A stretch of DNA of 64,000 bases from Halorutilales archaeon Cl-col2-1 (GTDB lineage Archaea > Halobacteriota > Halobacteria > Halobacteriales > Afararchaeaceae), in contig CP169074.1 of assembly GCA_041891055.1 (NCBI GenBank), positions 1,792,001 to 1,856,000 of the forward strand, in the 5' to 3' direction. This document shows, one piece after another, positions 41,951 through 51,557 of this stretch (position 1 is its first letter; each line of letters starts with the position of its first letter). The position numbers were made by a program, and so were the translations under genes. The notes under the pieces were generated by a model. It had not been told where the DNA came from. It searched no databases and saw only the letters and a list, made by a program, of their open reading frames with translations.

Positions 41951-42343
41951 TTAAACGACGGCTTTTACTGATGTCGACGAGACTTCTGCGGCTTTCTCGC
42001 CCTTCTCGGGGAACTCGACCCTGAACTCCCACGTCTCTCCCGCTTCGAGCGTAGACCTCGATGTCTCGGACTCCCCGAGCACAGTACCTCTGCTGTTGGT
42101 GAACTCGACTACGATACTCACGTCGTTGAGTCTACCCCCGCTCACGTTCTCGGCGACACCCGTGACTGCCATAGTCTCGTTGGGTGTTCCCTCGTTCTCG
42201 TGTACGTACTCTATGTCTCCGATGTCTATCCTCTTCTGACCTCCACCGCCCGAACTGCACCCCGCAACCGAGACTGTGGCTGATGTGGCTACTACTCCGA
42301 CGAAACGTCTTCTCGTTATATGTCGTGTCACTGTGTAACGCAC
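41951..42343 (-). CDS. Tat lipoprotein with FxLYD-like domain
   Basis: TRRRFV twin-arginine, VAGC lipobox. Confidence 0.75.
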   Translation of the reverse strand: MRYTVTRHITRRRFVGVVATSATVSVAGCSSGGGGQKRIDIGDIEYVHENEGTPNETMAVTGVAENVSGGRLNDVSIVVEFTNSRGTVLGESETSRSTLEAGETWEFRVEFPEKGEKAAEVSSTSVKAVV

Positions 42344-42502
42344 CGGTTTCCACCGCGGACTCTGAGGTTATATATCTAAGTCAGACGCGTGTCGTATCTC
42401 TGTGTTACCGAAGCCCGTTTCTATATAGCGACATAGGATTTAAACGAGCCACAGCCGTCGTCTTTCCGAACTCTCTATACGGTTCGACGAATAAATTCGG
42501 CT

Positions 42503-43372
42503 GTGGCTCGTAACATAGCACCCGTATTCACTCAGCTTGAGGACAAGGACATACGCGTTCTCAACGCAGTCGAGAGAGGCATGAAGTCCTCGGAGTGGGT
42601 TCCTGAGTCCGAGATCGCGGGTCTCGCGCGTCTTCCACCCGAGGAGACCGAGTACCGTATCAGCAGACTTGAGGACAGAGAGTTAATAACGGGTGAGACG
42701 GTTCAGTACAGGGGATACCAGCTTCTCTTCGCGGGATACGACGTACTCGCTCTCAACAGCTTCGTAAAAGCCGATCAGCTTACTGCGATGGGTGCGAAGG
42801 TCGGCGAGGGGAAGGAGAGCGTCGTCTACGAGTGCAAGAACGACGACACTAACCTCGTGGTCAAGCTCCACCGTGAGGGCTACTCGAGTTTCCGTGAGGT
42901 CGACCGTCACAGGGAGTACACAGCCGACAAACACCACGTAAGCTGGATGTACACCGCGAGGAAGGCAGCCGAGAAGGAGTACGACGCACTCGTCGACCTC
43001 CACCCCGATGTCTCTGTTCCTAAGCCAGTCGACCACAGCAGACACGCCGTTCTCCTCGAACGTATGGATGGCATCGAACTCAGGAGAGCCGACCTCGACA
43101 AGCCACGTGTCGTCTTCGACACCGTCGTAACAGAGCTGTCCAAGGCTTGGGAGAGAGGCTACGTACACGCAGACATAAGCGAGTACAATATCTTTGTCTC
43201 GGGGAGTCAGATATGGATCTTCGACTGGCCTCAGAGTGTCGAGACACAGCATCCACACGCCGAAGAGCTTCTGAGACGAGACCTCAACAACCTCGTAAGC
43301 TACTTCTCACGTACCTACCCGAAGACGGAGTTCCCTGCCGTCGAAGACGTTATAGAGACTGTACGTGGCTGA
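42503..43372 (+). CDS. rio2: RIO2 kinase
   Basis: wHTH N-terminus, GEGKES, HADISEYN, FDWPQ. Confidence 0.93.
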   Translation: MARNIAPVFTQLEDKDIRVLNAVERGMKSSEWVPESEIAGLARLPPEETEYRISRLEDRELITGETVQYRGYQLLFAGYDVLALNSFVKADQLTAMGAKVGEGKESVVYECKNDDTNLVVKLHREGYSSFREVDRHREYTADKHHVSWMYTARKAAEKEYDALVDLHPDVSVPKPVDHSRHAVLLERMDGIELRRADLDKPRVVFDTVVTELSKAWERGYVHADISEYNIFVSGSQIWIFDWPQSVETQHPHAEELLRRDLNNLVSYFSRTYPKTEFPAVEDVIETVRG

Positions 43373-43914
43373 TACAGTTCGCGTTCCCCTCTAACTCCTT
43401 TCTGACCTCTAACCTTCTGACTCTGAACCTCTTTCTCCACCCATGTCTAAAACGTACTTTGTGCTGTTTAACTGTGATATCTAATATTAGGGGATTATCT
43501 TAGGACACTAAGTACTGGTTTAATCTAATTTCTAATATTAGACTGGGATTTGTGTCGGAGAACTTCTGAGATCCGCGACTCCTGGGGTCTCGTGAACCGA
43601 GGATTCACGACCAGGTACGTAGATCTTTGATTTGCTTTACCGTGAAGCCTCGGAAACACCCAACTTCGAGGTACTAATCCTCTGAATCTGCCCGGTCTCG
43701 GAAAACCCGTTTCCGACCCCTCTAATGTAGGGGGTTCGACGGTATTAGAGTAATAATCCGTATCTGTAGACTACTGTATCTCTGTCTCAAACTCTCTGAT
43801 ATACCCCTATACACGGCAGATAGACACTACATAAATCTTATTCCGCTATACAGTCACCCGGTATTTCCCAACTACTTACTGTATAGAGAAGATACGTGTA
43901 TACGGTGAAAACAG

Positions 43915-44082
43915 ATGGGATTTGGATCTTATGACGAGAGTGAACAGGAGAACCAGCAGGAAGATATTGAGACCGACGAGGATGAGATAATCACCACGGA
44001 GTCGTACGACGGCGAAGAGACCGTAGAGGCGGAGAGTGCCGACGAGCTCCTCGAAACCTACAAGCAGAACAAGGACGACTGA
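43915..44082 (+). CDS. Small acidic haloarchaeal protein (DUF5786-like), 55 aa
   Basis: Hand-read MGFGSYDESEQENQ...KQNKDD. Confidence 0.75.
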   Translation: MGFGSYDESEQENQQEDIETDEDEIITTESYDGEETVEAESADELLETYKQNKDD

Positions 44083-44154
44083 GACTCTTTTTCTTCTGTC
44101 TTCTACCTAACGTCTGACAAAGATATATTAACTGCCTAATGTTAGATATGTCTG

Positions 44155-44616
44155 ATGTCAGACTCCTCGAAGTCGAACGAAAAGGACTGGGAGAACGGTC
44201 TCAAGAGTGAGCCCGTGACGACGTATGTGAGTTACGAGACGAAGGAGATCTGGAAACAACACGCCGAAAACCTCGATACCACACTCAGCCGGTTCGTCGA
44301 GATGATGGTAAACGCGGGAAGATCGATGTACGACGACACCGCTCCTGAGGGATACGAGGACTCGGATCTCGTCTCGGCGAACCGTGAGATTCAGGCTCTC
44401 AGAGACCGGATCGAGGAGATAGAGTCACATCCTGAGTCGGCTGATCCCATAGATGTCTATACGTCTCTCGGCGAGGGCTATGTCACCGTAGACGAGATAT
44501 CCGAGTCGATGGAGTACTCCGAGTCGGAGGTCTACGAGGCACTTCAAACTCTTCTCGACGAGGAGGTCGTCGAGTACGACCCCATGAGGAACGCATACAG
44601 GAGGACGGATGCGTAG
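44155..44616 (+). CDS. RHH plus wHTH protein (DUF5805-like) coupled to the recombinase
   Basis: VTTYVS...W..HA..L.TTLSRFV; overlaps the next gene. Confidence 0.7.
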   Translation: MSDSSKSNEKDWENGLKSEPVTTYVSYETKEIWKQHAENLDTTLSRFVEMMVNAGRSMYDDTAPEGYEDSDLVSANREIQALRDRIEEIESHPESADPIDVYTSLGEGYVTVDEISESMEYSESEVYEALQTLLDEEVVEYDPMRNAYRRTDA

Positions 44617-45721
44617 GATAGGTGCTCAAGACCCACTCGACGAGGTCGAGGATCTCGAAGATCACGACTTCATCTCTTACTTCATCGAGGACATGGAAGC
44701 GTATGGCAAATCTTCCTCAACGCTCTACGAGTACGAACGTGTTCTGCGTGACTTCGACGACTTCACTGACACCCACCACGCGCGCGCCTCGAGACGTGAC
44801 TGCATGGGCTATATCTCCGACCTCCGTAGTCGGGGACTCTCAGCGTCGACGGTCTCGACCTATGCCTCCTATCTCCACAGATTCTACTCGTACCTCGTCA
44901 AGGCGGACGAGTTCCCCCACTCTAACAACCCGATGGCTCTCGTCACTGAGGAGATGAGCGAGGGAATAGACAAGAATCCCCAGAGACGTGAACTCTCGGT
45001 CACCGACGTCACTGAGTTCCTCAAGACTGTGAATCACCCGAGGGACAGATGTATACTCGTCACCCTCTTCAAGACGGGGATGCGCGCGGGTGAGCTTTCG
45101 AACCTCAAACTCGAAGACATCTCACTGACTACTGACCTCGACGATGAGTTCGGTCTCGGTGGAAACGCGCGTCTGAGTCGGAACTCACTCCTCGTCGTTA
45201 GCGACAGAGACGGAAACAAACGTCTGCGTGACACTCTGATCCCCATCGACGACGAGCTCAGGAAAGAGCTCGTGAGATGGCTGCGTGTGCGTCCCGAGAA
45301 TGGTAGTTCTCGTGGGCGCGTGAATCAGAAGATTCACGAACGTCTCGAAGCGGAAGCTTCGATGGCTCGGAAATCAGAGATTTCCGAACGTCCCGAGACT
45401 GACTCGGACGCCGTCTTCGTCTCTCTCAGCAGAGCGTCCGAGACGGGAAGTCTCAGCCCTGAGGCGGTCTCTTCCCTGATGAGGAAGTACACTCAGCCTT
45501 ACGGCTGGTGGGAGGAGGGAAGAGGTCTTGAGGAAAACGTCACCCCGCATTACTGCCGCCATTTCTTCACGACCCATCTCAGAGAGGCTTCGGGAGACGA
45601 CGCCCTCGTCAAGTACCTAAGAGGCGATGTCGGCGGAGACGTGATCGAGACCTACACCCATCAGTGGGGTGACAACGTCCGTGAGAGCTATGAGAAGTAC
45701 ATATACCGTCTCGTTTCCTGA
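44609..45721 (+). CDS. XerA-like tyrosine recombinase with a 33-aa insertion
   Basis: TGMRAGEL, TPHYCRHFFTT, terminal catalytic Tyr (ETYTH). Confidence 0.9.
   Translation: MRRIGAQDPLDEVEDLEDHDFISYFIEDMEAYGKSSSTLYEYERVLRDFDDFTDTHHARASRRDCMGYISDLRSRGLSASTVSTYASYLHRFYSYLVKADEFPHSNNPMALVTEEMSEGIDKNPQRRELSVTDVTEFLKTVNHPRDRCILVTLFKTGMRAGELSNLKLEDISLTTDLDDEFGLGGNARLSRNSLLVVSDRDGNKRLRDTLIPIDDELRKELVRWLRVRPENGSSRGRVNQKIHERLEAEASMARKSEISERPETDSDAVFVSLSRASETGSLSPEAVSSLMRKYTQPYGWWEEGRGLEENVTPHYCRHFFTTHLREASGDDALVKYLRGDVGGDVIETYTHQWGDNVRESYEKYIYRLVS
45292..45390 (+). repeat. Two tandem double-hairpin micro-insertions (51 + 48 bp), in frame
   Basis: Each unit TC...AACG; removal restores WLRVRPETDSD. Confidence 0.9.
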
Positions 45722-45742
45722 GGTATATGTCCCTCATAAACT

Positions 45743-46075
45743 CTATTTCGCTATACTGAACACGGTGACTGTGACGAGACAGACGACGTATCCCACGACG
45801 AAGCCGACGGCAGCCGGTACCAGAGACCCCGAGAGACTGAGAGAGAGTCCTGAGAAGAGACGTCTCAGACCCACGAGAATCCAGACGACCTCGAAGACGA
45901 CACCGATTCCGACGAGGGCTACGACTCCGTAGACGGCGTATCTCACGAGACGGAGGACTTTCTTTATGTCTTGGTACTCCTCCGAGACTTCCTCCAGAGA
46001 TCCGAGTAAGTGTTCTGTGATGATGAGGGCGAGCCTGTACACAGTCGACCGCGAGCCTGAGCCGTCTTGGGTCAT
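45743..46075 (-). CDS. Small membrane protein
   Basis: Two hydrophobic helices. Confidence 0.55.
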   Translation of the reverse strand: MTQDGSGSRSTVYRLALIITEHLLGSLEEVSEEYQDIKKVLRLVRYAVYGVVALVGIGVVFEVVWILVGLRRLFSGLSLSLSGSLVPAAVGFVVGYVVCLVTVTVFSIAK

Positions 46076-46153
46076 GGTTCCGGTGTATAAAGACTCGGGT
46101 GACTTCTACCTTTCGTCCGTATATTTATGTTCTGCCGACACGAGTTACAGCCG

Positions 46154-48319
46154 ATGGGTAATCTCTCGAAGCTCTTCTCGCCTTCACGTGTCGCAGTAAT
46201 TGGAGCGACCGATAGGGAGGGGTCTGTCGGACGTGTGGTGACACAGAACCTCGTCTCGGGGTTCGAGGGAGAGGTGATCGCTGTCAATCCCAACAGGGAC
46301 GAGGTTCTCGGACTTCCGACTTACACCGACGTCGGCTCCGTTCCGGGTGAGATAGACCTGGGCGTCGTAATAGTGCCGGCTCCCGTGGTTCTGGAGGTTC
46401 TCGAAGAGATGGGGAAAGCTGGCGTCACGAACGCCGTCGTCATAACCGCGGGGTTCTCGGAGGCGGGCGACGAGGGGAAGGCGAGAGAGGAGAGGCTGAA
46501 GGAGATCGCCGACGAGTACGGAATCAGCCTCGTAGGTCCCAACTGTATAGGAATAGTAAGTAGTGATTCGGGTCTCAACACGACCTTCACGACCGTGAAA
46601 TACTCGAAGGGAGCCACGTCTTTCATGAGCCAGTCGGGGGCTCTCATAGGTGCAGTCCTCGAATGGGCACCCTCTCACAACATGGGTTTCAACCAAGTCG
46701 TCTCTCTCGGCAACAAGGCTGTACTCGACGAGACCGACTTCATCGAGGACTGGAGTGACGACCCCGACACCGACGTAGTGATGGCATATCTCGAAAGCAT
46801 TGAGGACGGGAGACGTTTCATCAAGAAGACACGTGAGGCTGTGACTGAGACTCCCGTAGTCGCTCTCAAGGCGGGTAGGTCCGAGAAAGGATCGAGGGCG
46901 GCGTCTTCACACACGGGGGCTCTCGCTGGGAGCGACGAGGCGTACGACTCCGCCTTCAGACAGTCAGGCGTCATAAGAGCTGAGACACTTCTCGAACTCT
47001 TCGACTACAGTGACACGCTCGCTGATCAGCCGGTTCCCGAGAAGGACGGCTTAGCAGTGGTCACCAACGGTGGAGGACCCGGGGTCATAGCTACCGACGC
47101 GGTCAGTGACTCGATCGTCTCGTTCGCGGATCTGAGCCACGAGACCGTCGACTACCTCGAAGACCGTCTCCCCGAATCGGCTGTCGTTGAGAATCCTCTC
47201 GACATAATAGGAGACGCAGACGTCGACAGGCTGTCTGACTCACTCGATGCAGTTCTTGGAGATCCTGACGTCGGCGGTGCTCTCGTCATAGTCACTCCGA
47301 ACGGAGTCCTCGACTACAGAGAAGCCGTCGATCCGATAGAGGAAATCCAGAGACGTCACTCGAAGCCCGTAGTGACTTGTATGATGGGCTCCAACGACGA
47401 GACGAGCCAGAGGCTGAGTCAAGCAAACCTACCCGACTTCTTCGATCCTGAGAGGGCGGTCGGGAGCTACGAGGCTCTTGAGAGGTACAGACGTATAAGA
47501 CAGAGATCCCGGGAAGAGAGACACGTCACGGAGTTCGACGTCGACGAGGGGAGGGCACGCGGGATAATCCGAGAAGCCGTCGAAGAGGGTCGTAACCGTC
47601 TCGGCGTCGAGTCGATGGAGATACTCGATGCCTACGGGATACCCACTCCCGACGGCACTGTCGTCGAGACAGCCGACGAAGCCGACGAGGCGGCACGCAG
47701 TATCGACTCCGAAACCGGTACTGTCGTCCTCAAGATAGTCAGCCCCGACATAAGCCACAAGACAGACGTCGGCGGTGTCAGAACGCGTGTCTCCCCAGAC
47801 GACGTCAGAGACGTCTTCTCGGAGATGGTCGAGGAGGTTCGAGACAGACGTCCCGAAGCCGAGATAGAAGGTATTCTCGTACAGGAATCTGTCGACGTCT
47901 CGAAGGGCGAGGAGGTCATAGTCGGTGCGAGAAGCGATCCTCAGTTCGGTCATCTCCTCGTGTTCGGTCTCGGAGGTGTATTCGTCGAGGTCTTCAAGGA
48001 CGTCTCTTTCCGTGTCCCACCTGTCACTCAGCGAGAGGCGGAGGAGATGACCCGCGAGATAGAGTCGGCACCTCTCCTCCGAGGTGCGAGAGGACGTGAC
48101 CCCCTCGATACCGACGGTGTCACTGAAGTCATACAGAGGCTGTCGCAGATGGTGACCGAGATAGATGCGATCGAAGAAGTCGAGGCTAATCCTGTCTTCG
48201 TGGGAACTGGCGGCGTTCAGAAATCTTCTATTTCTGATTCTGAGGACGTCAACCGAAGATTGACGGATGTCGTTGCGCTTGACTTCCGTATGACGGTCGA
48301 CGAGAGCCGGGTCGGTTAA
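46154..48319 (+). CDS. Acetate-CoA ligase (ADP-forming), fused subunits
   Basis: VGPNCIG, SQSGA, SHTGALAG, HKTDVGGV. Confidence 0.92.
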   Translation: MGNLSKLFSPSRVAVIGATDREGSVGRVVTQNLVSGFEGEVIAVNPNRDEVLGLPTYTDVGSVPGEIDLGVVIVPAPVVLEVLEEMGKAGVTNAVVITAGFSEAGDEGKAREERLKEIADEYGISLVGPNCIGIVSSDSGLNTTFTTVKYSKGATSFMSQSGALIGAVLEWAPSHNMGFNQVVSLGNKAVLDETDFIEDWSDDPDTDVVMAYLESIEDGRRFIKKTREAVTETPVVALKAGRSEKGSRAASSHTGALAGSDEAYDSAFRQSGVIRAETLLELFDYSDTLADQPVPEKDGLAVVTNGGGPGVIATDAVSDSIVSFADLSHETVDYLEDRLPESAVVENPLDIIGDADVDRLSDSLDAVLGDPDVGGALVIVTPNGVLDYREAVDPIEEIQRRHSKPVVTCMMGSNDETSQRLSQANLPDFFDPERAVGSYEALERYRRIRQRSREERHVTEFDVDEGRARGIIREAVEEGRNRLGVESMEILDAYGIPTPDGTVVETADEADEAARSIDSETGTVVLKIVSPDISHKTDVGGVRTRVSPDDVRDVFSEMVEEVRDRRPEAEIEGILVQESVDVSKGEEVIVGARSDPQFGHLLVFGLGGVFVEVFKDVSFRVPPVTQREAEEMTREIESAPLLRGARGRDPLDTDGVTEVIQRLSQMVTEIDAIEEVEANPVFVGTGGVQKSSISDSEDVNRRLTDVVALDFRMTVDESRVG
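48214..48267 (-). repeat. Double-hairpin micro-insertion, 54 bp, in frame
   Basis: Minus strand TC-cgtcaatc/ggttgacg...cagaaat/atttctg-AACG. Confidence 0.8.
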
Positions 48320-48324
48320 GATAT

Positions 48325-50061
48325 TTAGTCCTTAGACGACGGTACTGGTGTCAGAGGTTTGTTTTTCCCGTCCCTGAGGCGCACCGTGACAACGGTTCCT
48401 CGCGGCTCCCTGTCTTCGAACTCCAGGTCTCCACCTGATCTCTTGACTATCCAGTGGACGAGCCAGAGTCCGAGACCGCTTCCGTGGTATAAGGGCTCTA
48501 TCTCCCGTTCGTCGCCGAGAACCCCGATGTCCGAATCGGGTATCCTTGATCCGTTGTCCGAGACTCTTATCTCGACCGAGGTGTCGGATTTCTCGACCTC
48601 GACAGACACACGTGGCGTCTCCGTGTCGTTGTGCTCGACAGCGTTGTTGACTAACTCGTCTACTGCACGCGGTATCTGAGGGACTACGTAGGCTGTCGTC
48701 TCTGAGTCTGGGGTGTGAACCTCTATCTCAGCTTCGGGGTATCTCTCCTCATACTCCGAGAGTCTCCTCTCGACTGTCTCGGCGATGTCGACCTCCTCGG
48801 GCGGCGACCTGTCGGAGATTATCTCGACTAACTCGCGTTCCTTGTCAGTGGTGTCGAGCAGACGGTTGCCGACCTCACGTATCTTCTCGGCATATCTTCT
48901 CTCGTCGTCTGTCAGGGACTCCGACTCAGAAAGTTCCTCCGAGTAGCCGAGTATTATGTTCATCTTGTTATGCATGTTGTGGCGGAGGACACGGTCGAAG
49001 ACCTCGAGGTGCTTCTGTCTCTCCTTGAGTTCGCTGTTGAGGACTCGAAGCTCCTTCTCTCTCTTAATACGGTCGAGTGTCGCCTTTGCGTTTCTCGCGA
49101 GTGTCTCGACGAAACGCACGTCTGAGTCGTCGAAAGCTGCCTTGTGTGTCTCACCGACGCTCACGGTTCCGTACCCCTCTATCGGGACGTACATCACCGA
49201 TCTAACGTCTTTCCTGTCGTACTCCGTCTCGACTTCACGTATGTCGTCGAAGACGTATGTCTCCGACTCCCTGTACGCTTTCCCAGCAAGGCTGTCGTGT
49301 ACAGGATACGTCGGCGTTCCGCCTCTGACTTCCTCCGTCTCTGACGTTGACGACACAATAACGAGCTCTTCACTGTCGTCGTCTGTGAAACGCACTCCGT
49401 TTGCGGGGAACCCGAGTACATTCTTCGTCGCCTTGACGATTCTCTGAGCCACCTCGTCGGCGTCGTCGGCGTCTATTAGCTCACGTGTCGTCTCGTGTAG
49501 GCTAGTGAGTATCTCTTCGCTCCTCTGTAGTCTCTCGACGTTCTTCCTCTGGTCTATGGCAAGCTTGAGAAGAGACGCGACTGTCTTTCCTGCGTTTACG
49601 GCGTGGTCGTCGTACTCAGTCTCCTCGCTCGACTCGGGTGCTCCTGTTCCTATGAGTCCGTGCTCACCCACGGGAATCATTATCCCAGACCCCACCGGGA
49701 GTTCGGGATGAACTTCGCTGACATCGTAGATGCTTATGCCGTCACTCTCGAACTGATCCCATTCCAGGTCGTGTCTTCTAATCTCCGTAGGAGCGAACTC
49801 GTCTGCCGACTCGGTTGCTTTTACGAGATTCAGACGTTCTTCCTCCTCATCACGTATCCAGCAAGCCCCGAACGGCAGATCGACTATGTCTGTGAGAGAA
49901 TCCACGGCGATCTCACACAGCCTGTCGATATCTTTCACCCTGTCGTCCTGGAGCCTCCGCGCTGCCTCGTAGACAGACCTGACGGTCTTACCCGGGTCTG
50001 CGTCGAAGTCTGTGCCGGAGTCAGAGCCTGAGGACTGTCCCTCCGAGCCTTTATCCCTCAT
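48325..50061 (-). CDS. GAF-domain sensor histidine kinase
   Basis: Two GAF-like domains, LRHNMHN, HGSGLGLWLV. Confidence 0.9.
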   Translation of the reverse strand: MRDKGSEGQSSGSDSGTDFDADPGKTVRSVYEAARRLQDDRVKDIDRLCEIAVDSLTDIVDLPFGACWIRDEEEERLNLVKATESADEFAPTEIRRHDLEWDQFESDGISIYDVSEVHPELPVGSGIMIPVGEHGLIGTGAPESSEETEYDDHAVNAGKTVASLLKLAIDQRKNVERLQRSEEILTSLHETTRELIDADDADEVAQRIVKATKNVLGFPANGVRFTDDDSEELVIVSSTSETEEVRGGTPTYPVHDSLAGKAYRESETYVFDDIREVETEYDRKDVRSVMYVPIEGYGTVSVGETHKAAFDDSDVRFVETLARNAKATLDRIKREKELRVLNSELKERQKHLEVFDRVLRHNMHNKMNIILGYSEELSESESLTDDERRYAEKIREVGNRLLDTTDKERELVEIISDRSPPEEVDIAETVERRLSEYEERYPEAEIEVHTPDSETTAYVVPQIPRAVDELVNNAVEHNDTETPRVSVEVEKSDTSVEIRVSDNGSRIPDSDIGVLGDEREIEPLYHGSGLGLWLVHWIVKRSGGDLEFEDREPRGTVVTVRLRDGKNKPLTPVPSSKD

Positions 50062-50127
50062 ATGACACCGTTCCTACAACCCTACACGACTGAGGATAAT
50101 AGATTTTTGGGAGGTTTATAAGGAGCC

Positions 50128-50310
50128 TCAGGCAATCTCGCCGAAGGAGCCGAAGTACCTGTCGAGTGCTGCCTCAACTGCTTCGTCTTCGTCGTCGAAC
50201 TCGTCGAGTGCCTCACTCAGAAGCTCCAGGAAGTAGGAGTCGTTGACGAGACGGCTCGCGTTACGTCTCGTGAGTCTGCGTCCGTCGTCGGAATCTGTGT
50301 TCTTCCTCAT
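50128..50310 (-). CDS. Small hypothetical protein
   Basis: Acidic 60-aa ORF in frame with host codon style. Confidence 0.5.
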   Translation of the reverse strand: MRKNTDSDDGRRLTRRNASRLVNDSYFLELLSEALDEFDDEDEAVEAALDRYFGSFGEIA

Positions 50311-50354
50311 CCTCTGCGCCCTAAGTCTTCCTCGTTGAAGAAACTGTCTGTGGT

Positions 50355-50711
50355 TTACACGAGATCGGCTTCTGGGTCGCCTTTAGTTTTGTAGAGATCG
50401 TCCCAGGCGGTTATGCCGCCTTGAAGGTTGTAGATCTCGTCGAAGTCGTCGAGGTTGGAGAGGAAGTCGCAGGCGTCCTGACTTCTCGATCCGCTGTGGC
50501 AGTAGACGAGGAGTTTGTCGCCTTCTATCTCGTCGACCCTGTCCGGGAGTATTTCGACCGGTATCAGATGGTCGACGCCGGGTACTCTCTTCCACTCGTA
50601 CTCGTCGGGATTCCTCACATCGAGGAGAGTATAATCGCCGCCCTCTACCATCTCCTTTGCTTCGTCAGGTGTTACGTCGTTGAAGTTCTGATTCTGTGTT
50701 ATCTCTTTCAT
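50355..50711 (-). CDS. Rhodanese-domain protein
   Basis: LDVRNPDEY, YCHSGSRS, NLQGGITAW. Confidence 0.9.
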   Translation of the reverse strand: MKEITQNQNFNDVTPDEAKEMVEGGDYTLLDVRNPDEYEWKRVPGVDHLIPVEILPDRVDEIEGDKLLVYCHSGSRSQDACDFLSNLDDFDEIYNLQGGITAWDDLYKTKGDPEADLV

Positions 50712-50768
50712 ATTACAACTGTAGTACCACAGCCATATAAGTCTTACCACCACTGAAGAATGGTGGTG

Positions 50769-51371
50769 TTATTTCAGCGCAAGGATCGACTCGCCTGCTC
50801 TAACTGTGTCACCCTCATCGACTTCGAGGTCGTCACGTGAGTATCCGCTAGGAAAGACGATGTCGACGCGTGAACTGAACGCAATCATTCCTATGCGTTC
50901 GCCCCTTTCTACGGAGTCACCTTCATCGAGGTAGGACGTCACTCGTCTCGCGACTGTGCCCGCTATCTGTACCGTCTCTAACTCTCCGTCCGGGGTCTCG
51001 AACCGTGTTACCACGCGCTCGTTTCTCTCGCTTGACTTCGAGAAGGCAGGGAGATGACTTCCGTCTATATGTGTCTGTGATACGACCTTTCCGTCGAGAG
51101 GAGCTCTGTTGACGTGGACGTTGTGGAGGTTCATGAAGACGCCGACGCGGAGCCCTCCCTCCTCCTGCCTTACGACTGAGACACGTCCGTCGGCGGGAGA
51201 GACGACGCCCTCGTCAGGCACGTCACGGTCGGGGTCTCTGAAGAAGGCGGCGATGAGTACGGGAACGCCTAGAAGAGACAGGCTTAGGGGGGAGTCCCAG
51301 AACGGCACTGCGACGAGTGGGAGACAGCCCAGTAGAATCCATCCCAGGGAGCCTTCTGCTAGTCTCGGCAT
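50769..51371 (-). CDS. psd: Archaetidylserine/phosphatidylserine decarboxylase
   Basis: FFRDPDR, SPADG, HVNRAP, FSSRVD. Confidence 0.9.
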   Translation of the reverse strand: MPRLAEGSLGWILLGCLPLVAVPFWDSPLSLSLLGVPVLIAAFFRDPDRDVPDEGVVSPADGRVSVVRQEEGGLRVGVFMNLHNVHVNRAPLDGKVVSQTHIDGSHLPAFSKSSERNERVVTRFETPDGELETVQIAGTVARRVTSYLDEGDSVERGERIGMIAFSSRVDIVFPSGYSRDDLEVDEGDTVRAGESILALK

Positions 51372-51460
51372 TTAACGTTGAGACGCCGACTTGACGGTTA
51401 AGGATTTCCGTCCACTAGTGTCAACTACCCCACCCTACTTCGCTCGGTCTGACGACCTCA

Positions 51461-51557
51461 TCTGTAAATCTTTGATTTACAGGCACGCGAATCGAAGATT
51501 CGCGAACGTCTCAAACTCTACGAGTTTGAGGGCTCGGAAATCAGAGATTTCCGAACG
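51461..51557 (+). repeat. Two tandem double-hairpin micro-insertions (48 + 49 bp)
   Basis: 51461-51508 and 51509-51557, each TC...AACG. Confidence 0.9.

Noticed and set aside
45292-45390. Intein or classical archaeal intron
   Set aside because: Too short for an intein, lacks Cys/Ser...His-Asn ends, and I could not see a bulge-helix-bulge; units occur in both orientations relative to genes.
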